A program made the translations under genes and the position numbers. Positions 19,922 through 29,146 of a stretch of 64,000 nt of DNA are shown piece after piece. Under the pieces are notes generated by a model. It saw only the letters and a list, made by a program, of their open reading frames with translations, searched no databases and had not been told where the DNA came from. This stretch comes from an uncultured delta proteobacterium (GTDB taxonomy: Bacteria > Desulfobacterota > RBG-13-43-22). The DNA lies in contig CAWBOS010000015.1 in assembly GCA_963790475.1 (NCBI GenBank), forward strand, positions 160,001 to 224,000, read 5' to 3'. Positions within the stretch are counted from its first letter, which is position 1; each line of letters opens with the position of its first letter.

Positions 19922-20180
19922 CAACCTGTTGTTCATACAAGGTCCTTCTGACGGGCTCAAATTTTTTTGCAGGAAGCCCATTGAAGATTGAATTCAAAAT
20001 AGAAATCGACGCAACCCCTCACCTAGGAAGGCAGGGACGAAATCATCCTATAGAGTATACTTTATTCTTTTGAAAGCAAATACTGGAGATCAAGGTTTAT
20101 AGCACTCTGATAAATTTTTTATTCAAAAAGATCGAGGCGGTTGTTGAAACCAAAGAAGCCGTCTGATCGAGGAGGATATA

Positions 20181-21308
20181 GTGAAAATTGCCGTAATCGG
20201 ATGCGGTTATTGGGGTCCCAATTTAATAAGAAACTTTTCCCAGTTAAATAAAGTTGACGAGTTATATTGTTGCGACCAAGACTGGAAGAATCTGGATAGG
20301 GTAATGAACCTTTTCCCATCGGTCAAAGGAGTAAGAGATTACAGGGAACTGCTGAAAATGCCGGATCTGGATGGGGTGGCTATTGCCACGCCGGTTTACA
20401 GTCATTTCCCCTTAGCCAAGGAATTCCTGGAACAGGGGAAGCATGTCTTGGTGGAAAAACCGCTGGCCCATTCCCTGGAGGCCTGCATGGAATTGATTAA
20501 AGTGGCCGAAGAAAAAAATCGGATCATCATGGTAGGGCATACCTTCGAATATGCGGCTGCAGTGCATAAGATCAAAGAAATTGTAGAGAGCGGAGAATTG
20601 GGGAAAATCCTATATATAAGTTGTACCCGGGTCAATTTGGGACTTTTTCAAAATGACATCAATGTGGTTTGGGATCTCGCCCCCCACGATATATCCATTA
20701 TTCTTTATGTCCTGAGTGAATTCCCGTTTTCGGTAAACTGCCAGGGGAAAGCCCATTTTAAATCAGAGCTTGAGGATGTGGCCACCACTACTCTGAATTT
20801 TAAGAGCGGCCTGATCGCTTTTATACACAACAGTTGGCTTGATCCGAAAAAGATTCGAAAAATAACCATTGTCGGAACAAGAAAAATGCTGGCCTATGAT
20901 GATATCGAGGCCCAAGAAAAGATTAAGATATATGATAAGGGATTGGAAATTCCGCCTTATTATGACACCTTTGCCGAGTTTCATTATTCGTATCGCTCAG
21001 GAGATACCTATAGCCCGAGGATTGACGAATATGAACCCCTCAGGAAACAATGTGGTACCTTTTTGGAATGTATAAAAACAGAAATGTACCCCCCAACCGA
21101 TGGCCATAACGGAATGAGGGTGGTGGCCATCCTGGAAGCATCCTCCAAATCATTAAGGCAAGCGGGCAGGGAAATACCCTTGCGTCTGCCCAAAGAGAAG
21201 AAACCCATCCGGAACAATGGATATGGATACCCTATTTTTTCAAAGGTCCCCTTGAAGAATAAGATGGAGACCCCGTTAAAGGTTATACAAAAAAAGGGGG
21301 CGGCTTAG
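20181..21308 (+). CDS. Gfo/Idh/MocA oxidoreductase (polysaccharide-biosynthesis type)
   Basis: GCGYWGPNL, LVEKPL, WDLAPHDIS. Confidence 0.9.
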   Translation: MKIAVIGCGYWGPNLIRNFSQLNKVDELYCCDQDWKNLDRVMNLFPSVKGVRDYRELLKMPDLDGVAIATPVYSHFPLAKEFLEQGKHVLVEKPLAHSLEACMELIKVAEEKNRIIMVGHTFEYAAAVHKIKEIVESGELGKILYISCTRVNLGLFQNDINVVWDLAPHDISIILYVLSEFPFSVNCQGKAHFKSELEDVATTTLNFKSGLIAFIHNSWLDPKKIRKITIVGTRKMLAYDDIEAQEKIKIYDKGLEIPPYYDTFAEFHYSYRSGDTYSPRIDEYEPLRKQCGTFLECIKTEMYPPTDGHNGMRVVAILEASSKSLRQAGREIPLRLPKEKKPIRNNGYGYPIFSKVPLKNKMETPLKVIQKKGAA

Positions 21309-21651
21309 ATAAAGCTGTCTGTCTTGGCCGGAAAGGAACCCTTATGAAAAAAATAATATTTTCATTGATCGGTTTATTTTTGTTGGGTTGGAGTCTGCCT
21401 GTTTTCGCTGTTCCGTTTTTACAACTGGACATCGGGGGAGGGTATTATAATCCAGCATCTAATGATCCTGGTTATAATCCTCGCTATGATCCTGAGACAA
21501 TAGTAGCTCCTGGAAATAGTTTCACCCTTTATGCCCTTATGAAGGAAGGTAAAAAAACTTCTGTAAATGATACTTATTATTTAAGTATGGCCTTTTATCC
21601 AGGCCTTGAAAAAGCATCCCCAGACCCCAACTTCGGGTCTTTTATTATTAA

Positions 21652-23101
21652 GCCGCATCCGGCATTTTCATGGGTATCCCCAATATGTTGTGGTTATTGA
21701 GGTTTGAATCTTAATGTTGGACAAGTTGGCTGTAGGGGAAATAAATTCAATCCACCACAATGAAAATATATTGCTGTTCGGTAGTGGGATCGATTTCGAA
21801 ATCCACAGGCCAATCGCTTGACCTTTTCTATTTTAGCATTGATACTTTCTCCCAGAGCATTGGTGATTCGATGTCTGGCATAAGTGACGATATTGTCGAT
21901 ATGAGTTTTTAGAGTATTGGCTGCTTTGATGACAGGGGCTAACCGTGAATGGGTTGCCCAAAAATACCATCGCTGAAAATAATGACGCATATGCGCCTCA
22001 TAACGGTAATCCCACAAATGTCGAATGTTTTCTTTAATAGCCCAAGCTCGGCAAACGCGCAGATCTTTTGTCCGAAGCGTTTCAAATTCTTCTCTTCTCC
22101 ATTCCGGAATATTCTCTTGACTCCACAACCACAGATACTTGGTCCCCTTCAGGACGGCCTCTCCTTGCTCAGAAAGCAATCGATGTTCAATCTTTCTCAC
22201 TTTATCCACGGCTTCAAGAACGTACTTCATGATGTGAAAACGATCAAAGACGATCTTTTTTTCCGCTCCAGGAATATAGGCCTTGGTGGCCGCAATATAG
22301 GGATCCCACATGTCCATAGCCACGGCCTGGACTCCGGCCAACTCCTCATGGCTAAACTGCTGATAATAGCTTTCCAGACTTTCCTGTTTCCGATCATCAA
22401 TAACGTACTCAACCGTTCCGTTGTCCAGGTCATATACCAAGGATTCATATTTATGTCCTCGGGCAATAGCCTTTTCATCCACCCCAATACGGGACGGTAT
22501 GCGATGCTCTTTCCGGGACAATCCCCTGATAACAGCTCGTTCCAATGTATTCCAGCTCTGATCCCAGCTCAGACTGCACAGCCTGCCGGTAGCCTCAATA
22601 CTGCATTCTCGGGCTATTCGAATAACAAGGCTTTCAAAGGCATAGGTCATTTCCGAACCATTTTCTCCGAGTTCAGAAGTAATCTGTTTAACTCCATGAT
22701 CAGGACAATTAACCCGAGGCGTCCGAACATGAATATAGGTGGCCATCTGGCAGGTGTCCAGATGCCGATAAATTCTTTCCGGACTATGATCATAAACCCC
22801 ATAAAACTGATCACACTCCGGGCATCTTACTTGTATGTCCTTTTCATGATCAAGATAGATGTCCACCCGTTGCTCCGCTTCATTAAGAATCACCCTGGTG
22901 ATCATCCAGGGGGGATGCAGTCCCAGCAGTTTGTAAAAAAAGGTCTTGTCGTCCATCCCTCTTTCTTTGCTAAAGTCTTTATGTTTTATTTTTTAATAAA
23001 AAAGCGGCTGCGAGAATGGGCCCCTAAACGGCTCGTCGGAGCAGCTGTCTTCCATTGTACCACAACATGTTGGGGGTACCCATGAAAAACCCTGGAGCCC
23101 C
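21652..23101 (-). mobile_element. ISL3-family insertion sequence (1450 bp)
   Basis: ~40-bp imperfect TIRs (..TTTTCATGGGTA.CCCCAA.ATGTTGTGGT); 8-bp TSD ATTATTAA at 21644-21651 and 23102-23109. Confidence 0.92.
21694..22956 (-). CDS. ISL3 family transposase
   Basis: CPEC zinc finger, RHLD, IGVDEK, AMDMWDPY, VFDRFH, TNALGESINAKI. Confidence 0.95.
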   Translation of the reverse strand: MDDKTFFYKLLGLHPPWMITRVILNEAEQRVDIYLDHEKDIQVRCPECDQFYGVYDHSPERIYRHLDTCQMATYIHVRTPRVNCPDHGVKQITSELGENGSEMTYAFESLVIRIARECSIEATGRLCSLSWDQSWNTLERAVIRGLSRKEHRIPSRIGVDEKAIARGHKYESLVYDLDNGTVEYVIDDRKQESLESYYQQFSHEELAGVQAVAMDMWDPYIAATKAYIPGAEKKIVFDRFHIMKYVLEAVDKVRKIEHRLLSEQGEAVLKGTKYLWLWSQENIPEWRREEFETLRTKDLRVCRAWAIKENIRHLWDYRYEAHMRHYFQRWYFWATHSRLAPVIKAANTLKTHIDNIVTYARHRITNALGESINAKIEKVKRLACGFRNRSHYRTAIYFHCGGLNLFPLQPTCPTLRFKPQ

Positions 23102-23574
23102 ATTATTAATAAAACGTTTCAGGGTACCCAAGACATGGAATATGGCAATCCGGGAATCCCCGACCATGGTGTATTCGATACCTATTTCATGTCGTATCCA
23201 TTTAAGTTTGATTCCAATAATCAGGTAGGTTCCTATAACACGCAAGACAACCCTGGTCAATTCAGCGACTATCTTCCGGGAACTGGTTTATACTGTGCTG
23301 CCTTTAATTTTGATACCACCAACTTGAGTGGTGATGTTACCATTCATTTTGATCTTTATAATAATGAAGTTTTTGCTCCTTTTTCTCACGACGCCCAAAG
23401 TGATCCTCCTCCTGAAGGAGTCCCCGAACCGGGGACCCTGCTGTTTTTTAGCCTTGGTTTAGCGAGTTTAATCGGGCTGAGAAGGAAATGGAAAAAATAA
23501 GTTTGGTCCCCATTCTCAAAGACTGAAGGTGAGGGTCAGAAAAACGGTGACCCTTTTTTGCTCAAGCCCGCTAT

Positions 23575-24570
23575 ATGGAAAACCCAGATCCCAACCAATT
23601 CCATTTCCGAGACCTTCACCCTGACATTTACCTGGGAACGACCTCCGATCGTTATGCCGGATGGATCGACCAGATTTATTCAAGGGAGCGCTATGTCGGG
23701 AGGATAAATCGCCGGACAAATGTCTTGGGGGGAAAAAAGTTTATTGAAGAGGTCCTTCCCATAGACAGTGTCGAGGAATATTTTGACCATTTTGGGGTTC
23801 TGGGAATCGACTATACCTTTTACCGCCCACTCACTGAGAAAGATGGAACCCCAACCCAAAACTATCATCTATTAAAGAGATACCATCAGTATATCAAAGA
23901 TGGGGATCGTTTCATTCTGAAGGTCCCCCAAATAATATCTGCCCAAAAGTTCCATAGGGGCAAAGGATATATCCCCAATGAGGACTACCTGAACCCTGAA
24001 ATATTCACCAACCAATTTTACAAACCGGCCTTAGAGGTATTGGGAGAATCACTTACTGGCTTTATTTTTGAACAGGAGTATCAGAAACTTAAAGACCGGC
24101 CTTCCGAAAATAAAATGGCCGAATCGCTCGATGTTTTTTTTGAGGCCATCCCCAAAGATCAACGTTACCATATTGAACTTCGTACCGAATCCTATTTAAC
24201 CCCACCTGTCTTCCGGGTTCTTGAAAAATATGGAGTTGGCCAGGTCCTTTCCCATTGGACCTGGCTCCCCCCCCTTCGAAGACAGTTCGCTAAAGCCGGT
24301 GGGAAGGTTTTTAATACCGCCCAAGAGCTGATTGTCCGGCTGGTTACTCCCATCGATATGCGCTATGAGATTGCCTACCAAAAAGCTCATCCCTTTGATA
24401 AAATGGTCGAGGGAATGCTTCAGCCGAAAATGATCGAAGAAACAGCTCAATTAATGCATAAAGGGTTAGAAATAGGGGCCAAAGTAAATGTCCTGGTTAA
24501 TAATCGAACCGGGGGAAATGCCCCGCTTATCTCCCAAATGATTGCCGAGAAATTCCTTCACCAAGATTAG
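23575..24570 (+). CDS. DUF72 (YecE family) protein
   Basis: LGTTSDRYAGW, IDYTFYRP, ILKVPQ, IELR, VNNRTGGNAP. Confidence 0.85.
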   Translation: MENPDPNQFHFRDLHPDIYLGTTSDRYAGWIDQIYSRERYVGRINRRTNVLGGKKFIEEVLPIDSVEEYFDHFGVLGIDYTFYRPLTEKDGTPTQNYHLLKRYHQYIKDGDRFILKVPQIISAQKFHRGKGYIPNEDYLNPEIFTNQFYKPALEVLGESLTGFIFEQEYQKLKDRPSENKMAESLDVFFEAIPKDQRYHIELRTESYLTPPVFRVLEKYGVGQVLSHWTWLPPLRRQFAKAGGKVFNTAQELIVRLVTPIDMRYEIAYQKAHPFDKMVEGMLQPKMIEETAQLMHKGLEIGAKVNVLVNNRTGGNAPLISQMIAEKFLHQD

Positions 24571-24718
24571 AAAACTGGATTGGTCGGTAAGGGGGAGCGA
24601 AATAATTATTGGGAAATATTTAGACAAAACACCTGCGCTCGGGATAGTGATTACAAACCCATCGCTCCAAGGAAGCTTTCTTATTCAGGAGGGCACGGGA
24701 AGGCCATTTTGGGCTATT

Positions 24719-25327
24719 TTAAGGTATACCCTCTGGCATCAAGGCAGGCACCGATCGCGCCCTTACATAGTCCGCGCTATTTTCAATTCTCTGAGCATCT
24801 GGGGCGCCCTCGGGTGGTTTTTTCGGATCGAAGCCTGTCTGATCAACAGCCCAGTCATGGCACTCGTCAAAATCCATGGCCTGTTTCTCTTCGCTTTGAC
24901 CCTGGCGGGGGTAGATGAACATCCGGTTTTCCGATTCCTGGCTTGCCGCGGGGGGCTCCTGACTTCCCTCGTCCGGAGGTGGATAATAAAATTCCGGGGG
25001 GTAATAGTAAGGTCCCAGGTCCCATCCTAAGACACCGCCGATAAATAATCCGGGTAAGAGTCCGCCATGCCCACGAAATCCTCTATGCCCTCTAAACCCT
25101 CGAAATCCTTCTCGGCTTCCACGAAATCTTTCACGCTCCCGATCTCCTCGAAATCCCTCATGTCCTCGATCTCCGCGGAATCTTTCATGCCCTCCAGATC
25201 CACGAAATCCTTCACGGCCCCCAGATCCATGAAACCCTCCACCCCCCCGGGCAGCCTTAGCTTGTTTAGACGGCACAAACAGGGTTAACAAAAAAAGGAT
25301 GCTTAATAAACCAATGAGTTTTTTCAT
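24719..25327 (-). CDS. Secreted protein with Gly/Arg/Phe-rich repeats and a C-terminal IYPxxGQS..DECH.WA domain; frameshift near the C-terminus
   Basis: Signal peptide; (G/R)xE(G/R)FRG repeats; a 2-bp shift restores VRAIGACLDARGYTLK*. Confidence 0.7.
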   Translation of the reverse strand: MKKLIGLLSILFLLTLFVPSKQAKAARGGGGFHGSGGREGFRGSGGHERFRGDRGHEGFRGDRERERFRGSREGFRGFRGHRGFRGHGGLLPGLFIGGVLGWDLGPYYYPPEFYYPPPDEGSQEPPAASQESENRMFIYPRQGQSEEKQAMDFDECHDWAVDQTGFDPKKPPEGAPDAQRIENSADYVRARSVPALMPEGIP

Positions 25328-25561
25328 GTCCTTCCCCCCGGCCGGTCTGGAACAGAGAACCGGTTCAAGCTTTTTTTAAGTAGGACTTAAGAAGAACAAA
25401 AAAGTTAAAAATAATCAACAAGACTGATTATGCCCTGACTAAGACTATATTTAATAATGGCTTGTAACACTTTATCAAGAAGAATCAAATCTGAAAAGGG
25501 AAGGAGTAAAGTAACAAAGTTAATAAAACTAAAATTATTCTGACTTAGTTCAATTTTTTTA

Positions 25562-25591
25562 TTGACACTGTACAAATGAACAGTATACCAT
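25562..25591 (+). promoter_or_regulatory. lexA promoter (TTGACA-18-TACCAT) with an SOS box in the spacer
   Basis: CTGTACAAATGAACAG at 25568-25583 = CTGT-N8-ACAG; ATG at 25598 with no SD. Confidence 0.85.
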
Positions 25592-25597
25592 AGAATC

Positions 25598-26206
25598 ATG
25601 AAACCTCTCACAGCCAGACAGAATGAAATTTTGGCTTTAATCAGAGAGTACCAAAACAAACACGGCTACCCTCCCTCTCTTCGGGAGCTGGCCGGCCACT
25701 TCAAGGTCTACCCGAATTCAATCCAAGATCATCTCAAGGCCCTGATCAAGAAGGGATATTTAAGGCGAGAGCCCAACCGCTCCCGTGGGGTAAGTCTGAC
25801 CCGGTCTTCCGGCCAGCTCCGAACCATCCCTCTTTATGGGGCCATCTCAGCGGGAGGACCCCTTTCGATAGAAGAGGACGTGGAGGACTATGTAACCCTT
25901 CCCGAGGGATGGACTAAAGGAGAAGAGGTCTTCCTTCTCCGGGTTCGGGGAGAGAGCATGAGCCCCTTTATCCTCCCTGGAGACCAGGTAATCGTTCGCC
26001 GTCAACAGAGAATCCCTGAAGGAGTAGTCGGGGTTTTCCGCCTGGATAATGAGGTTACCCTCAAGCGTTACTATCGACAAAATGATCAAGTGATTTTGAA
26101 GGGGGATAACCCGGAAATGAAACCCCTGATTATAAAAAAGCAGGACCTGTCCTCTTTTTCGATCCTGGGGAAAGTCATCGGGGTTTATCGCCCTTTAAAC
26201 CTTTGA
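25598..26206 (+). CDS. lexA: SOS repressor LexA
   Basis: LTARQ..IL, PPSLRELA wHTH, SAG cleavage site, GESM (Ser), TLKR (Lys). Confidence 0.95.
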   Translation: MKPLTARQNEILALIREYQNKHGYPPSLRELAGHFKVYPNSIQDHLKALIKKGYLRREPNRSRGVSLTRSSGQLRTIPLYGAISAGGPLSIEEDVEDYVTLPEGWTKGEEVFLLRVRGESMSPFILPGDQVIVRRQQRIPEGVVGVFRLDNEVTLKRYYRQNDQVILKGDNPEMKPLIIKKQDLSSFSILGKVIGVYRPLNL

Positions 26207-26225
26207 GCAAATAAGTATTACCAAT

Positions 26226-28442
26226 ATGACTGCTCGCGGATGGCTTATTGATCTCTATGTCCGGGAAGATATCATAGTCCTCTGGTTCCGTCTTCAATCG
26301 GGGACGCTCCTTTGCCTGACCGATTCTTTCCCATACTGCTTTTATGCCCAAGGTCGCCCAAGGGACTTACTCACTCTTGAAAAAAATCTCTCATACCTAA
26401 TCCGCCGGACAAACTGGACTAAACGCAGGAACTTTTGGACTGGAAAGCTCATTTCCGTTCTGGAACTCGAAGCGATTTCCTTTAAGAAATTATTTGAAAT
26501 CCAAAAGGTTCTCTCCCGCTCCCTTGAAGCCATCAGTTTTTATAACATTGATCTGGCTATCCCCCAGTATTACGCCTATCAAAAAGGTCTCTTCCCTTTA
26601 TGTTATTGCCAACTCGATTGGGAAGAAAAAAGGCTTCTCGGTTTCAAGCTCCTGGACTCTCCCTGGAACCCGGATGCCTTGCTTCCCCCCTTCAAGACGA
26701 TTGAACTTGGTTTAACCCAGGACCCCCAAATCCCGCTGGATCGGGGAAACAGTCTCGAAGTAATTGATGAGGGTAGATCTTTTGAACTGGGCGGGTCGAG
26801 AACGGCCGAGCTTTTAGAAAAGCTCAATACCTATTTGGTGGATCTCAATCCGGATTTAATTATCTCTCGAAAGGGGGATGATCGGATCCTGCCCATACTT
26901 TGGAATTGGTCTCAAAAAGAAAAAATTCCCCTGGCCCTTGACCGGGACCCCCATCCCCCCTTGAGACGATCTACCGGCCAGTGGAGGTCTTACTTCAGCT
27001 ATGGTCAGATTATCTATCAGAGTTCAATCTTCCCCTTATACGGAAGGTTCCATATCGATCAAAGCAACTCCTTCTTTTTTGGCCATGGGGAGTGCGGTTT
27101 GAAAGGGGTATTCTTCTTGTCCCGTCTGACTAAAATTCCCGTTCAAACCATGGCCAGGTCCACCCCTGGGACAGCCATTACTTCGATGCAGCTAAATCGG
27201 GCCGTCCGGAAGGGAATCCTCATTCCCTGGAAAAAAGGAAGACCCGAGGATTTTAAAACCGCCTGGGACCTTTTGGTGGCCGATAAAGGGGGGCTGGTTT
27301 TTCAACCCCCCATAGGACTCAGGGAAAATGTCGCTGAAATCGACTTTGCCTCCATGTACCCGAACATTATGCTCCAGCACAACATTTCCCCGGAGACCAT
27401 GCTCTGTTCCTGTTGTCCGGGGCCGGTAGTCCCTGAAGTGGGATACAATATCTGTCAAAAAAGGGAAGGTTTGATCCCGGAAACCCTGAGACCAATTTTA
27501 GGTCTCAGAGCTGAACTCAAAGCCCGGATCAAGGCCAACCATCCACTGAAGGAAAACTACCAGTCGCTTCAAAAGGCCCTTAAATGGGTTCTGGTTACCT
27601 GCTTCGGGTATACCGGGTATAAGAATGCCCGATTTGGTCGTATTGAGGCCCATGAGGCCATAACGGCCTTTGGTCGGGACAAACTCTTCTTGGCCAAGGA
27701 ACTTGCCGAAGACAGAGGCTTCAGGGTACTTCATGGTCTTACCGACTGCCTCTGGATTGAAGGGCCTGGACTCAACGAGTCCAGCATCAAGGCCCTTCTG
27801 GCTGAGATTGGAACCAAAAGCAAAGTGCCCATAAACCTGGAAGGGATCTACTACTGGATTATCTTTCTCCCTTCGAAGGTCAATGCCAATCGTCCGGTTG
27901 CCAATCGATATTTCGGCCTATTTCAAGACGGGACAATCAAAACCCGCGGGATTGCCTGTTGCCGTCATGATATTCCCATTTTTATTCGAGAGGCTCAGAC
28001 AGACCTTCTGCGGGTTATGGGCACGGCTCATGATCGAAAATCCCTGGAGAACAAAGTGCCGGAAATCATGGACCATTTGGGGGATTTTGTGGCTCGGCTC
28101 AAAGAGGGCCGGGTTGAGACCCAAGAACTGGTTATTACTCGTCGTCTTACCCAAACCCTGGAAGAATACCGGGTCAAGACCCCATCGGCTATGGCCCTTG
28201 AGCAATTTGAGTCAATGGGGTTGACCATCCATCCTGGACAAATGGTGGCTTATCTTCTCCGGGATAGTGGTCTTTCCGGTGAGGATAAAAGAATCCTTCC
28301 CGCCCCTTTCCTCGAAGGGGGAGAAGACTATGACCAAAAAAAGTATCTGGAAATACTGCTAAAGGCTGCTGCCGAATTATTAGTGACCTTTGGATTGGAT
28401 TACAAGGATCTATTTAGTTCCTTCGGGTCAAAAAAAATATAA
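26226..28442 (+). CDS. Family B DNA polymerase, PolB2 (Dpo2-like) subgroup
   Basis: Motif A EIDFASMYPNIM, motif B ALKWVLVTCFGYTG, motif C LHGLTDCLW; no recognisable Exo I/II/III acidic motifs. Confidence 0.88.
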   Translation: MTARGWLIDLYVREDIIVLWFRLQSGTLLCLTDSFPYCFYAQGRPRDLLTLEKNLSYLIRRTNWTKRRNFWTGKLISVLELEAISFKKLFEIQKVLSRSLEAISFYNIDLAIPQYYAYQKGLFPLCYCQLDWEEKRLLGFKLLDSPWNPDALLPPFKTIELGLTQDPQIPLDRGNSLEVIDEGRSFELGGSRTAELLEKLNTYLVDLNPDLIISRKGDDRILPILWNWSQKEKIPLALDRDPHPPLRRSTGQWRSYFSYGQIIYQSSIFPLYGRFHIDQSNSFFFGHGECGLKGVFFLSRLTKIPVQTMARSTPGTAITSMQLNRAVRKGILIPWKKGRPEDFKTAWDLLVADKGGLVFQPPIGLRENVAEIDFASMYPNIMLQHNISPETMLCSCCPGPVVPEVGYNICQKREGLIPETLRPILGLRAELKARIKANHPLKENYQSLQKALKWVLVTCFGYTGYKNARFGRIEAHEAITAFGRDKLFLAKELAEDRGFRVLHGLTDCLWIEGPGLNESSIKALLAEIGTKSKVPINLEGIYYWIIFLPSKVNANRPVANRYFGLFQDGTIKTRGIACCRHDIPIFIREAQTDLLRVMGTAHDRKSLENKVPEIMDHLGDFVARLKEGRVETQELVITRRLTQTLEEYRVKTPSAMALEQFESMGLTIHPGQMVAYLLRDSGLSGEDKRILPAPFLEGGEDYDQKKYLEILLKAAAELLVTFGLDYKDLFSSFGSKKI

Positions 28443-28694
28443 GGTCTTAGATAAAAAATCGGAGGAAGTGCCAGGATAACACTATCCGCTTGCACAAGAC
28501 TCGTCGTCCAAAAAACTCCGGTGTCTGATATGGAAACAAGCGGCCCAAAAGATTGAGGGTGGTTCCTTCCGGCTTGACATTCACTATTAACCGAAAGAGG
28601 CTCGTGGAAAAGAACTTGCCTTTTTAACTTTTAAATAAGGGGGAAATGGGGGGAAGGAGCAATAAACAGAGAAGGATGGGGGAAAAAGGAATGC

Positions 28695-28723
28695 TTGACT
28701 TATCTGAATATAAGTCTTATCTT
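28695..28723 (+). promoter_or_regulatory. Sigma70 promoter of the csp gene (TTGACT-17-TATCTT)
   Basis: Hexamers at 28695-28700 and 28718-28723; implies a ~155-nt 5' UTR. Confidence 0.65.
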
Positions 28724-28800
28724 AAGTATTAAGAAATCCGTTGTTGAACCCGTAGGGTGTGAATGACGGTCGAAGTTGGTGAACAATTCGATGAGTACGG

Positions 28801-28834
28801 GCATCGGAGGATTTATCTTCGATGCTTTTTTTTT
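28801..28834 (+). terminator. Terminator-like hairpin within the csp leader
   Basis: GCATCGGAGGAT..ATCTTCGATGC followed by T9. Confidence 0.65.
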
Positions 28835-28885
28835 AGGCATGTCGTATCCCAACTTGAGAAATAATCCAAGAGGAGGGATAAGATC

Positions 28886-29089
28886 ATGGCAGAAGGAAGT
28901 GTAAAGTGGTTTAACGAAAACAAAGGTTTTGGCTTTATTGATGTAGACGGTCAGGATAAAGACGTTTTTATTCACCATTCAGCTATCAGTATGGCGGGAT
29001 TTAGAACCTTGCAAGAAGGCCAGCGGGTAAGCTTTGATATTGAGCAGGGCGCAAAAGGTCCAGCCGCAGTCAATGTTACAATCCTATAA
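28886..29089 (+). CDS. Cold-shock protein (CspA family)
   Basis: [13 protein letters not shown] (RNP1), VFIHHSAI (RNP2). Confidence 0.97.
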   Translation: MAEGSVKWFNENKGFGFIDVDGQDKDVFIHHSAISMAGFRTLQEGQRVSFDIEQGAKGPAAVNVTIL

Positions 29090-29112
29090 GCTTTAGTTAA
29101 TCACCAAAAATC

Positions 29113-29146
29113 AAGGGGCGCGAATGCGAATTCACGCCCCTTTTTT
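29113..29146 (+). terminator. Intrinsic terminator after csp
   Basis: AAGGGGCG..CGCCCCTT stem plus T6. Confidence 0.85.

Larger units (their letters stand above)
21344..23500 (+). pseudogene. PEP-CTERM sorting-domain surface protein interrupted by ISL3
   Basis: Signal peptide at 21344; C-terminal VPEPGTLL..LGL..LRRKWKK; removing the IS and one TSD rejoins the frame (NFGSFIINKTFQGTQDMEYG), 232 aa. Confidence 0.9.

Noticed and set aside
19918-20073. 51-codon ORF overlapping the HTH stop (ATGA)
   Set aside because: No recognisable features, so it cannot be supported
21949-23085. 378-aa ORF on the + strand
   Set aside because: Antisense shadow of the ISL3 transposase; no recognisable motifs
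23575-24570. DUF72 as a member of the lexA-PolB2 operon
   Set aside because: Separated by an opposite-strand gene, and I saw no SOS box upstream; proximity alone is insufficient
25070-25250. Possible CRISPR array
   Set aside because: Contiguous degenerate coding repeats with no unique spacers; no cas genes in the window
25027-25288. Repetitive alternative-frame ORFs (MKDFVD.. and KSFMPS..)
   Set aside because: By-products of the 27-bp repeat; only the 24719..25327 frame has a signal peptide and a recognisable domain
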